Origin: a virus
Taxonomy: Duplodnaviria; Caudoviricetes
IMG/VR virus record: IMGVR_UViG_3300027708_000013
Reading direction: 5' to 3' (one strand)
DNA: 64,000 nucleotides
In this document: positions 36,075 to 44,657 of the stretch, in pieces
Position numbering within the stretch: position 1 is the stretch's first letter
Layout of the letters: every line of letters starts with the position of its first letter
Translations under genes and position numbers: made by a program
Notes under the pieces: generated by a model
What the model saw: the letters and a program-made list of their open reading frames with translations, nothing else
The model's database searches: none
Told to the model about the DNA's origin: nothing

Positions 36075-36766
36075 TAACGCTTTTCTCTGCCAAGTTCTTC
36101 TGGTCCACCAACTGCTGCATCAGTGCCATCAAATCCATCGCCCTCTGGAGCCGGAGCTTCTGGAGCAGGAGCCATACCCGAGTCAGGAGCCGGGGCACCC
36201 ATACCAGTGTCCATACCACCCATGCTCATGTCCGGAGCAGCTTCGCCAGTCAATGCACGGGCAGCACCGTCGGCCTGTTCACGACCAGTGCTGAGTTGTT
36301 GCCATAATTGTTGTAACAAAGGAGTAACTGTGCCTTTGAAACTTTCGGCCTGCTGTTCGCCAATTTGATCACGAATTGTATCTACCAAGGCCGGTAACTG
36401 CTCGTTTTGCATTTTACCAATTTTTTCCAACATGTCCTGTATCGAGTCAACCATGTCTTTGGCAGCTAATGTAGCTTCGGCCTTGGCCATTTCGCTTTCA
36501 CGCAACAGTACATGGCGATTTTCCACCATCCAGCGATTTAAACTTTCACGAACCATCAACAGTTCCATGTATTTGGGATTCTTTTCAGCTGTGTGTACAC
36601 CGTGTGTACGCTTGACAGCATTCAAGCTCTCTGTGATGCCGGTGGCCAATCGATAGGCTTTTGTAAATGTTAAACTGTCGTAGTCAATTTTGAAGCCAAA
36701 TCTGCTTTCAACTACTTGATTAATTCGTTTAGCTCTTGGCTGGTTGCTCATTTCTGATAATTTCAT
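36074..36766 (-). CDS. putative head scaffold/internal protein
   Basis: MKLSE leader, helical core, acidic G/A/P/M-rich tail; CTAAATA box at 36794-36800. Confidence 0.6.
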   Translation of the reverse strand: MKLSEMSNQPRAKRINQVVESRFGFKIDYDSLTFTKAYRLATGITESLNAVKRTHGVHTAEKNPKYMELLMVRESLNRWMVENRHVLLRESEMAKAEATLAAKDMVDSIQDMLEKIGKMQNEQLPALVDTIRDQIGEQQAESFKGTVTPLLQQLWQQLSTGREQADGAARALTGEAAPDMSMGGMDTGMGAPAPDSGMAPAPEAPAPEGDGFDGTDAAVGGPEELGREKR

Positions 36767-36826
36767 GGTTTATTTTTTCCCAAACTTATGTAGTATTTAG
36801 TCGGTTAGTGTAAATCTTTCATTCTT

Positions 36827-37360
36827 TTATTGTTGCCAAATTTTTAAGTTTTTGGCTTGCAGAATATGTTTATTTAACTCTGTTTGCGATATTTGCAATC
36901 TTAATCTTGCATCTGCTAGCCTGGCACTCCATATACTTATGCCATCCAGCCGGGAGTTTTTTCTTGCACGGTCTAGACTGGCTTCATAGTGCGTGACATC
37001 GTTTTTTAATCTCAACACGTCAGTGTCGGCATCTCGTATTCTTGCAGCTATACTGCCAAGTCTCACATGTTCACATAAACAATAAAAAATAGCCGATTGC
37101 TTGCTGTCAAACACATGTATTCTATCTTGATTTCTTGTGGTCAATTCCCAATATCCCAATTGGGGGACCACGTGAAAACCACCAATTTGATAGCCACCTT
37201 GAGGCAAGGGCCATATCAGTGGTACGTTTTTATTGTTGTTTAAGCGGGAAAATTCTCGTTGTGTCCATGCGGATATGTATTGTGCGGCAGCCGCAATAGC
37301 CTGATCAACTTGTTGTTTTGTGGGCTTGACTTCTTGGTTTTCGATAGGTAATACGTCCAT
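36827..37360 (-). CDS. hypothetical protein
   Basis: ORF track. Confidence 0.7.
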   Translation of the reverse strand: MDVLPIENQEVKPTKQQVDQAIAAAAQYISAWTQREFSRLNNNKNVPLIWPLPQGGYQIGGFHVVPQLGYWELTTRNQDRIHVFDSKQSAIFYCLCEHVRLGSIAARIRDADTDVLRLKNDVTHYEASLDRARKNSRLDGISIWSARLADARLRLQISQTELNKHILQAKNLKIWQQ

Positions 37361-37535
37361 TTTCTTGAATTCTCAATAACACATCTTTGTTGACCAAACT
37401 GTTGGCAATTAATTGTTGTCTTGGATCCAATGCAGATTTATGTAATGTTTCTGTATCTGCAAATTGATCTAACAACTCTGCCTCCTCGTTGGTTATAGGT
37501 AGACTAATGTTATTTAAGAGTTCTACTATACGCAT
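37305..37535 (-). CDS. hypothetical protein (MRIVE leader)
   Basis: ORF track; TTAAATA box at 37540-37546. Confidence 0.6.
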   Translation of the reverse strand: MRIVELLNNISLPITNEEAELLDQFADTETLHKSALDPRQQLIANSLVNKDVLLRIQENGRITYRKPRSQAHKTTS

Positions 37536-37538
37536 AAA

Positions 37539-37799
37539 TTATTTAAATGCCGAGTGGATCAGTACACCCAATATAGCAGTGAGCAGTATACCAAAAACAC
37601 TGGTTCCAATGGTGATAATAGTTTTATTACTTTCATTGTTGCCACTGCGGATACTGTCTTTGATATCCACTATATGACCTTCTAATTTATCCATGCGTGT
37701 TTCAAGATTGGAAAGTTTTGTATCCAAGTTGCTATACCTTTCAGCACATAGTTCTACATGGGCTTCAAGGCTCTTTTTTTCTATACCAGTTGAGGACAT
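37539..37799 (-). CDS. XhlA/holin-like protein (coiled coil plus C-terminal TM)
   Basis: LDTKLSNLETRMDKLE heptads then IITIGTSVFGILLTAILGVLI. Confidence 0.55.
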   Translation of the reverse strand: MSSTGIEKKSLEAHVELCAERYSNLDTKLSNLETRMDKLEGHIVDIKDSIRSGNNESNKTIITIGTSVFGILLTAILGVLIHSAFK

Positions 37800-37886
37800 A
37801 AGTGTCTCTTCGCTTTCTTCAGGTTAAGCGATGCGTTGATAGTGCCTGTGTGTGCCTTGATAGTGAGCCTTAATGGTGCCATAACA

Positions 37887-38369
37887 TCAATATATATTTA
37901 TGTTACGGTAGCCAGATTTAAAGTAAATGTTTTTGATTCCGCCATGAGGATAAAAGATTGGCAGCATGAATCTTGCAGTTTCGTCTAGACCCGACACCAC
38001 CGGAACTTGTTCAAACAATTCTTCAAGCAGTGCTGTGGGGCTATTGTATTTTGCAAAAGCAGTGGCATGTTCAATGGCAAATAACCAGGACCACACACGA
38101 TGTTCACCGGAGAAAAATTCTCCAAATTCAACGTATTCCATGGGTACTATGACAGACTCGGGTTCTATCAGTTCCACCGGCTGTGCTCTGAGGCCAATCA
38201 CCTGTAGCACTGTTTCCCAATTACGTTGTTGATCACGACGGTGTTGATCATACCCGCGAGTTTCTCCTGTGGCTGTGATATCTACCAAGGTAAATCCTGT
38301 AAAGTATTCCAGTTGTGTTTGCATACAAGTACTTATTAACGCTGAGATTTGCGGCCACAAAAAAAGCAC
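37887..38369 (-). CDS. hypothetical phage protein
   Basis: ORF track; true start probably at MQTQLEY. Confidence 0.65.
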   Translation of the reverse strand: MLFLWPQISALISTCMQTQLEYFTGFTLVDITATGETRGYDQHRRDQQRNWETVLQVIGLRAQPVELIEPESVIVPMEYVEFGEFFSGEHRVWSWLFAIEHATAFAKYNSPTALLEELFEQVPVVSGLDETARFMLPIFYPHGGIKNIYFKSGYRNINIY

Positions 38370-38383
38370 CGAAGTGCTTTTTT
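38359..38383 (-). terminator. rho-independent terminator with cUUCGg tetraloop
   Basis: AAAAAAGCAC-TTCG-GTGCTTTTTTT on the minus strand. Confidence 0.9.
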
Positions 38384-38409
38384 GTTATAACGGTTAAAAT
38401 ATCCAGCTA

Positions 38410-38832
38410 TTACGCTAATTTCAAACCACCAGTACTTGTAACTGCTGTTAATGTACCAACAGTAACGTTACTTGTAGCACCAATGTTGCCACTGGTTGCT
38501 GCTGTCCACTGACCTGAACCAGTTTGGATAGCTGTTTGTAATGTAGCATCAGTCCAGCTTGAACGCTCAACTAAAACGCTTAACTGTTGTGCTGTATCAA
38601 CTTGATACGCTAAAACTGAAGCATTACCTTCAACTTGACGTAAAATTGTTTCTACTGCGCCACCAACTGCTAATTCAGCTGCTAAGTTACCGCCGAAGCC
38701 TGTAGTGATTTTATATGCTGTCAATGGTGCTGCGATACCTGTGTTGATGATGGTTGCATTAGCAAATGCACGACCTGTGTCAACTTGTCTTGAACCGGCT
38801 GAATCGCCGTTAACTCTTGTGAAAACTGCCAT
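38410..38832 (-). CDS. probable abundant virion protein (140 aa)
   Basis: Monocistronic: CATAAATA at 38877-38884, SD AAGGAGA, strongly A/T-ending codons, UUCG terminator. Confidence 0.65.
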   Translation of the reverse strand: MAVFTRVNGDSAGSRQVDTGRAFANATIINTGIAAPLTAYKITTGFGGNLAAELAVGGAVETILRQVEGNASVLAYQVDTAQQLSVLVERSSWTDATLQTAIQTGSGQWTAATSGNIGATSNVTVGTLTAVTSTGGLKLA

Positions 38833-38899
38833 TTTAATTCTCCTTGTTGTTAATGAGCTGTTACGCTACATGCAAATATTTATGACTGTCAGCAAAAAT

Positions 38900-39994
38900 T
38901 TACAATCTTCCTTGAACATTTGCTGTGGAGAAAGCACTACGATCCACTAGTTTTATAAACCCACTGGCTGTGTCTATATTAAATCCTTCGCCTTTGGGTT
39001 GTCCGCCCACGGATTGCTCGATGTCTGGTACTTGACTATCTAATTGAGTCAATATGGCCAGTTTTAATTGCGTTACAGCCATGTAAACTTTGTGTAAATC
39101 TTCCAATATAGTTTTATTTTCTTCTGCGTTTACTATTTCAAACTGTGGACGGGTCAATTTACTTTGTATCCATGCACCATCCACTTCTTGTCCAGTAGCT
39201 TTGCGATTGTAGTATTGTTGTAATCGATCTTTTGAGGATTGAGTCAAGCTGCTTAAAAATGCATCACCACCTGCGGCAACAAATTTAGCCACAGCACGTT
39301 CAGCGGCTTTTTTTGCTGCGGTGGGTTCTTTCATCTTAAAGGCAGTGCCCATGTTGCCTGTGAACACTGTGATGTATTGATTGGTGCCAGCTAATCCGCC
39401 AAGTCCTGGCAACGTTTGACGACCTACTAAAGGACTGCTTTTAGACTTTTCTATATCAGTGCCGTAGCTGTGTACTGCCAATCCAACACTTCGGCCAGCT
39501 ATGTTTTTGCCAATGGGACTGTTAGCAACAACACTGTATGTAACACCATGTGGATTTGGTTTGAATACAAACTTGCCATCCACAGGTTCTAACGGCTCAC
39601 TCCACATGAGGTCACCTTGTACAAATCCTGCAAAGCCAGCAGGACATATACTGCCCACAGCATTAAACACTGATGCTAGTTTTTGTCCTACTTCCATGTT
39701 CTTGCCATGACCTTGATAAAACTTTAATAACTCTTCCGCACTGGTAACTTGTCCGCCTGGTTCGCCAATGTACTCTTTGTAGTTCATTGTGAATCGACCA
39801 TCCGCGGTTCTACGGCCAAATATAATGGCCGGCGATCCGTCCCATTTAATTGTAACAGTTTCGGGCTGTTTTACAGCACCTGTCATGCCGGCAATGGCAT
39901 CCAGTGCCGCCTTGCTACCTGCAAATATAAAATCCTCCGGATGCGGTGTTCTGGTACCTTCTGCTAACATGGTGATAAATTCTAATAAAATCAT
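38900..39994 (-). CDS. DUF6267-like protein with ligase-type KxDG nucleotidyltransferase motif
   Basis: TIKWDGSPAIIFG (motif I-like), VQGDLM (motif III-like), F.PN...Y.V; MILLEF..LAE leader. Confidence 0.6.
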   Translation of the reverse strand: MILLEFITMLAEGTRTPHPEDFIFAGSKAALDAIAGMTGAVKQPETVTIKWDGSPAIIFGRRTADGRFTMNYKEYIGEPGGQVTSAEELLKFYQGHGKNMEVGQKLASVFNAVGSICPAGFAGFVQGDLMWSEPLEPVDGKFVFKPNPHGVTYSVVANSPIGKNIAGRSVGLAVHSYGTDIEKSKSSPLVGRQTLPGLGGLAGTNQYITVFTGNMGTAFKMKEPTAAKKAAERAVAKFVAAGGDAFLSSLTQSSKDRLQQYYNRKATGQEVDGAWIQSKLTRPQFEIVNAEENKTILEDLHKVYMAVTQLKLAILTQLDSQVPDIEQSVGGQPKGEGFNIDTASGFIKLVDRSAFSTANVQGRL

Positions 39995-41382
39995 TGGAAA
40001 TATCCTTTGACCATGTCCAGTCCTTGTTGTATTTTTTCTCTATCACTATTGGCTCTTGCTACAGCAGCCGGTGTCGAGGCTTTATCACGCTTCTTACCAG
40101 CAATATCTATCTGTGCTTTTTCTTCGTAACGTTGCCAAAACCGGTTGATAAAATCTTGTGCATCAGCAAAGTTGGCAAAGTCGCCTTGTCCAAACATTCC
40201 GTTTGATTCACAGCTTTTAGCAAATCCTTTGACGCCATTCACCAGTCGACTTATTTTAACATTGTTGATGTCATTGCCGGGAAACTGTTTCAGCATTGGG
40301 TCAATCTTGGGATTGTCAATTCCCAACTGTTTTGCTTGATAAACAAATGTATCTAATATAAAAGTAGCAGGTTCTGTGGTCACAGTGACAACTTCTGTGC
40401 CTTTTTGTTTACTAAACGGCACATGTTGCCCGTCCACCACTTTTAACTGCACACCAGCGTGTTGAATACTTAGATCAAGTAGTTCGCCCAACACACTGAA
40501 CATGTTGCCGGTCAGCAGGCCTTTGACTCCACGCTCAGGAGTTACACGGGCGGCACCCCACTTTTCCAAACGTTCCGGGTGCCACATGAAATCTATTTGT
40601 ACAAAATCATTGGCGCCAATTTGGAATGTAGGGTGTCCTGGTTTTTCGCCAACTTCAACATAACTTAATCCTGTGTTAATGAAGTCATCGGCCAACTTGT
40701 TCCAATATGTTGTAAACTGTGTATAGCCTTGACCTGCGGCTTCTGGTGCAATCATTTGTAAATCAATGTCGCCATAGACTTTTTCTGGATCTTCAATGGT
40801 GTCTTGTTCGTGGTAAGCACTGGAACCTGTGGGACGTCCACGACGTATTTGGCCCACTTGTGCAGCATACTTGGCATTAAACTCAGCAACAAAACGATCC
40901 ACCACCTTGAGTGCTACTGCTACAATCCTGGGGTGTAGCACAGTGCCCTGTGTTTTAATCGAGTCCCATCCACCTTCCTGAATCGGCTCCCATGTCATGG
41001 GCTTGGCACCGCGGGCAATGGGCTTGAATCCATGTCTTTTATACAATCTAGTCAATGAGGCTGAACTTATTCTGCCGTGGCTCCAGGGATACAGTGTCAA
41101 TCTAATGTTGGATTCCTGTGCCTGTCGTTGCAGTTCCCGTATGGCTCTACTGCCCACACCTTGACGTTGTTCGGGTCCAGCCATGATCCAGTCTATTTCC
41201 ACTGTGCGGGCATCGGCACCGGGTTTGAGTTTGAATGCAGCAAAAGTTTGTTCTTCGCCTGACCCCCACACCATGACTCGATCTGCTTGGCCGTAGGGCC
41301 ATTCGGGATATCGACTGTACACTTGGTCAATACAAGACTGTGCAGGCGAAATTGATTCAACGATGACTTCACGTATTTTCAT
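39991..41382 (-). CDS. GNAT acetyltransferase fused to a Pol-beta-type nucleotidyltransferase domain
   Basis: GNAT: QRQGVGSRAI...LYKRHGF. NTase: TGSS...YGDIDL, later VQIDF. Confidence 0.6.
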   Translation of the reverse strand: MKIREVIVESISPAQSCIDQVYSRYPEWPYGQADRVMVWGSGEEQTFAAFKLKPGADARTVEIDWIMAGPEQRQGVGSRAIRELQRQAQESNIRLTLYPWSHGRISSASLTRLYKRHGFKPIARGAKPMTWEPIQEGGWDSIKTQGTVLHPRIVAVALKVVDRFVAEFNAKYAAQVGQIRRGRPTGSSAYHEQDTIEDPEKVYGDIDLQMIAPEAAGQGYTQFTTYWNKLADDFINTGLSYVEVGEKPGHPTFQIGANDFVQIDFMWHPERLEKWGAARVTPERGVKGLLTGNMFSVLGELLDLSIQHAGVQLKVVDGQHVPFSKQKGTEVVTVTTEPATFILDTFVYQAKQLGIDNPKIDPMLKQFPGNDINNVKISRLVNGVKGFAKSCESNGMFGQGDFANFADAQDFINRFWQRYEEKAQIDIAGKKRDKASTPAAVARANSDREKIQQGLDMVKGYFQ

Positions 41383-42242
41383 CGCAATCTATTGTTCCAA
41401 TGACGTAACCACTCAGTGGGATGAACACTGGCAGCACTTTCGGGCAGTTGTAAATTTCTCTGTGCAAAATTATCACGTGCATCTTTTAATTTTGCTTCAC
41501 GTTGCGGGTCATTTCTCAATGCTGACACTGTGTTCTTTACTGATGCTAGATCTCTACTATTGTGTCCCGGTCCCAGCAGTATTTCAGCTATGTTGTTGAA
41601 GTCATTGGTTATTAAATCATTGGTTTGACGATTGGACAAGCCCGAGCGCCAGTCAAATTTAACTCCCCCGGGAAAGTCAGCAGTGCGAATGACCTTGCCT
41701 ATGCTGTTGTAAAGTATGGCACGATCTGCGGCTTTGAAGTCTTCACCATCTGCATAGCCTGTCACCTGTTTGCTGAATTCCAAATCGGGCATGAACATGA
41801 AATCTGCCTGCACAAAACCATTTGCGACATTGCCACTGATGGGAGTTCTAAAGTGTATCTGTGATCCGGCATTTTTGATCCAGCCACCCGAAAATCCAGG
41901 ATCTTTTTTCGTTTTGTTGGCCGGACGATTGAGTATTTCTGCTGCGGGTATTTTTTGCTGTTGGCACCAACGTGTCAACACCTGCATCACTGCATCATTG
42001 TTGATCACAGTGGCATCTATGCCAAGGTCCAAGTCACCCAGGCTGGTGGTTCCGGCTCTGGGACGCTTGAGACTGCCTAGTTCATTGCCACGCAGGTTCA
42101 ATCCTGTGATCTTTTCCAGCCAGGTCACTGTGGCAGGCACATCAGCTACATTGATACGTTGTGTAAGTGGGCGACCTTGATCATCTTTGAATACATTGCC
42201 ACCTAGTCCTGCGGCTTCGTTGCCGCCTTCTAGTAATATCAT
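41379..42242 (-). CDS. Pol-beta-type nucleotidyltransferase-like protein
   Basis: LGS-x11-DLD (LGSLKRPRAGTTSLGDLDL), third Asp in VQADFM; MILLE|GGN leader. Confidence 0.6.
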   Translation of the reverse strand: MILLEGGNEAAGLGGNVFKDDQGRPLTQRINVADVPATVTWLEKITGLNLRGNELGSLKRPRAGTTSLGDLDLGIDATVINNDAVMQVLTRWCQQQKIPAAEILNRPANKTKKDPGFSGGWIKNAGSQIHFRTPISGNVANGFVQADFMFMPDLEFSKQVTGYADGEDFKAADRAILYNSIGKVIRTADFPGGVKFDWRSGLSNRQTNDLITNDFNNIAEILLGPGHNSRDLASVKNTVSALRNDPQREAKLKDARDNFAQRNLQLPESAASVHPTEWLRHWNNRLR

Positions 42243-43681
42243 TTTGTTTTATTTAACAGCAGAGCTGAAAAATCCTTTGATGATTCTGCCATTGCGGGTT
42301 TAGAGTTTGTTCCAGCAGTCGCTGGTGGTTTGTAATTTACATTAGTAGATGTATTTTTGGCATTAGTATACGGCAGAGTAGTGACCTGAGGCATTGGGCT
42401 AGTAGGCACATTGTATGTAGGTTTTGCATAACCAGTAGGTCGTTGACCATAGTTCGGTGTTGCAGTTGTAGCTTGTTTCGTGTAGGGCAATCGTTGCGGG
42501 GCAGATACTGCTGGTAGTTGTGCGATATTTTTATTATTTGGATTAGCTCTATGAACTTGTCCGGTAGGAGTAGTGGTTGTTTGACCCCCGGTGGCCGAGG
42601 TTGCATTATTAGGCAATCTTGTATATGCTGTATCTACTGGGCCCATATTTTTACTCGGCATTTGAGGCATTGTGGTTGCTTGAGACTGTTGTTGAGCACG
42701 TTGTTGTGCTTGTGCTGGTCGTGCCGGTTGTGCCGGTTGTGATGACGCTGGTTGTGCCTGTGCTGGCGCTGGTTGTGCCACCGCTGGTTGTGCCTGTGCT
42801 GGTTGTGCTGGCGCTGGTTGTGCCTGTGCTGGTTGTGCCTGTGCTGGTGCATTCGGATCGTTGGGAAATCTGTTATCCACCGGCGGAGTTTTTGTAGTTA
42901 CCGGCGGAGCTACTAGTTGTTTTGCCTGTGTTGGTCTATTGGGACTACGATAAGACTGATCGGCTACGTTACCGATTCCAGCAAAGGCTGCCCGATTAAC
43001 TGCGTCGGCGGCTCCTTTTGCTACATTGCCAACAGCATTGCCAATTTTAGTACCTAGGCTGTCGGTACTTTGGGGTGTTGTTGCTTGAGTTGCTTGAGCT
43101 TGAGTTTGAGCTTGGGCTCCTCTTGCTTGAGCCAATTGTGCTTGCAAACCGCTGATGGCAGTTTTATGTTGATCGATTTGATTTTCAATTGATGCAACAT
43201 CTACCCCTGCACCCGAGGCCGAAGTGTTAGATGCAGTTGCGGTGGGTTGTGCAACAGGATCTTGTTTAAAAACTTTACCTAATTTATCTGCTGGCTCCCC
43301 ACCTACAGCGTTGGCTCCAGTGTTGAATCCCTTTGAGGCAGCACGAGCAACACCGGTGGTGGCACCTCCGGCCACAGCACCAGCTCCACCGGCGACATCT
43401 CCGGCCACTGTTGCGGCTGCTTTTCCTAGACCTTTTGCTCCGCTTTTAACAGCATTGTAGGCACCGGCCACTGGTCTGGCCACCAATTGATTGCCAAGTG
43501 CTTTACCAGCACCACCAATGGCACTGGCGGCACCTGCCACAGCATCGCCAGTTTTGTTTACGTTCTTAGTAAACTTTTGAGCACCCTTGGTTATTTTTTT
43601 AGCACCTTTTTGGATATCATTAAACCCAAACTCATCTAATTGCTGTTCTGTTACAATGTCATTAATCTTCACGATTTTCAC
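42239..43681 (-). CDS. low-complexity A/Q/P/T-rich protein, probably packaged
   Basis: MKIVKINDIVTEQQLDE leader; G/A-rich amphipathic N-half; AQP repeats. Confidence 0.7.
   Translation of the reverse strand: MKIVKINDIVTEQQLDEFGFNDIQKGAKKITKGAQKFTKNVNKTGDAVAGAASAIGGAGKALGNQLVARPVAGAYNAVKSGAKGLGKAAATVAGDVAGGAGAVAGGATTGVARAASKGFNTGANAVGGEPADKLGKVFKQDPVAQPTATASNTSASGAGVDVASIENQIDQHKTAISGLQAQLAQARGAQAQTQAQATQATTPQSTDSLGTKIGNAVGNVAKGAADAVNRAAFAGIGNVADQSYRSPNRPTQAKQLVAPPVTTKTPPVDNRFPNDPNAPAQAQPAQAQPAPAQPAQAQPAVAQPAPAQAQPASSQPAQPARPAQAQQRAQQQSQATTMPQMPSKNMGPVDTAYTRLPNNATSATGGQTTTTPTGQVHRANPNNKNIAQLPAVSAPQRLPYTKQATTATPNYGQRPTGYAKPTYNVPTSPMPQVTTLPYTNAKNTSTNVNYKPPATAGTNSKPAMAESSKDFSALLLNKTK
42705..42850 (-). 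repeat. imperfect tandem AQP/PAQ-coding repeats
   Basis: ctggttgtgcctgtgctgg recurs several times on the plus strand. Confidence 0.85.
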
Positions 43682-43931
43682 CTTTTAATTTTCGTACACC
43701 ACGTATAAATTTATTGGGATCTTGACTGCGTATGCTGTTTAACAAGCGATTTTCCAACTGCTGTGCTGTGTCACTATCATAGTTTTCACGAATATAATTT
43801 AGTAGATTGATGGCACTGGTGATAACATTGTTGGCACGGCTTTCTACGAGATTTTCTTTATCTCGATGCACCAACATAGTGTCTAATTCATCTAAAATAC
43901 TACGGGCTCGCTTTTGCAAGATTTGCTCCAA
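43662..43931 (-). CDS. conserved hypothetical protein
   Basis: ORF track (TTG start); TATAAATA at 43941-43948. Confidence 0.7.
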   Translation of the reverse strand: MEQILQKRARSILDELDTMLVHRDKENLVESRANNVITSAINLLNYIRENYDSDTAQQLENRLLNSIRSQDPNKFIRGVRKLKGENRED

Positions 43932-43970
43932 TTTATGTTATATTTATATGGATTTAAAGTAATAAAGGTT

Positions 43971-44657
43971 TTAAAAATTTATAACATTTTCCCAGAGTTG
44001 TACACGGTCTGCATCGTAAGGTATCCATAATTGTGTTTCTATTCTGGTTTTAAGTTCACGAACTTTTACAATGTTGGGTTGTATTGGCATTAATGGTAGT
44101 ATTTTTTCTTCAACATAAGACATGTGTACAATTGGTGATGGTTGAATTTCATTTTGTCGAACATCTTTAAATCTAGGCTGGCGAGAGTATATTTCCATAT
44201 CAACTGTTGAGAAAAATATAGATTGATTTTTTAGCAAATTTAATAACAAATACTTGTAATTAGTTGTTCTTAATTCTGATTGTTTTGTTTGTATATAATG
44301 TGTGTGATAGTGCTGTATATCTTTTTGTTTACTAGCACTACTAATCCACCAGCGGTGGTTGTTTAAATCAACAGTATTAAAATAGTAAACAGGGTCTGTT
44401 TTTATAAGCTCATCCCAAGAATTATCTTGCAATAATTTATCAAATCTATTAGGGTGTGCCCATTGTACCAAAAAGAATGCTACGGGATTTTCCTTATGTG
44501 CTTCGATTACCGCCGAGGTTATAAACTCGTTACCGGCTCCAATAGCTCCAAAATTTTTATTTTCTATATCGTTGTACAATGCCGCAACTATAGCAGGCCA
44601 CTCAGGCCATATATGATTAGCAGCATAACCGTCACCAAAACAAAAAATTTTATTCAT
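43971..44657 (-). CDS. SGNH-like hypothetical protein (AT-rich insert)
   Basis: FCFGDGYA...WP..V, GAIGAGNEFI, VQW...R, resembling 27520-28278. Confidence 0.45.
   Translation of the reverse strand: MNKIFCFGDGYAANHIWPEWPAIVAALYNDIENKNFGAIGAGNEFITSAVIEAHKENPVAFFLVQWAHPNRFDKLLQDNSWDELIKTDPVYYFNTVDLNNHRWWISSASKQKDIQHYHTHYIQTKQSELRTTNYKYLLLNLLKNQSIFFSTVDMEIYSRQPRFKDVRQNEIQPSPIVHMSYVEEKILPLMPIQPNIVKVRELKTRIETQLWIPYDADRVQLWENVINF

Noticed and set aside
42705-42850. Short direct repeats resembling an array
   Set aside because: They are contiguous, in frame and encode AQP repeats; there are no unique spacers.
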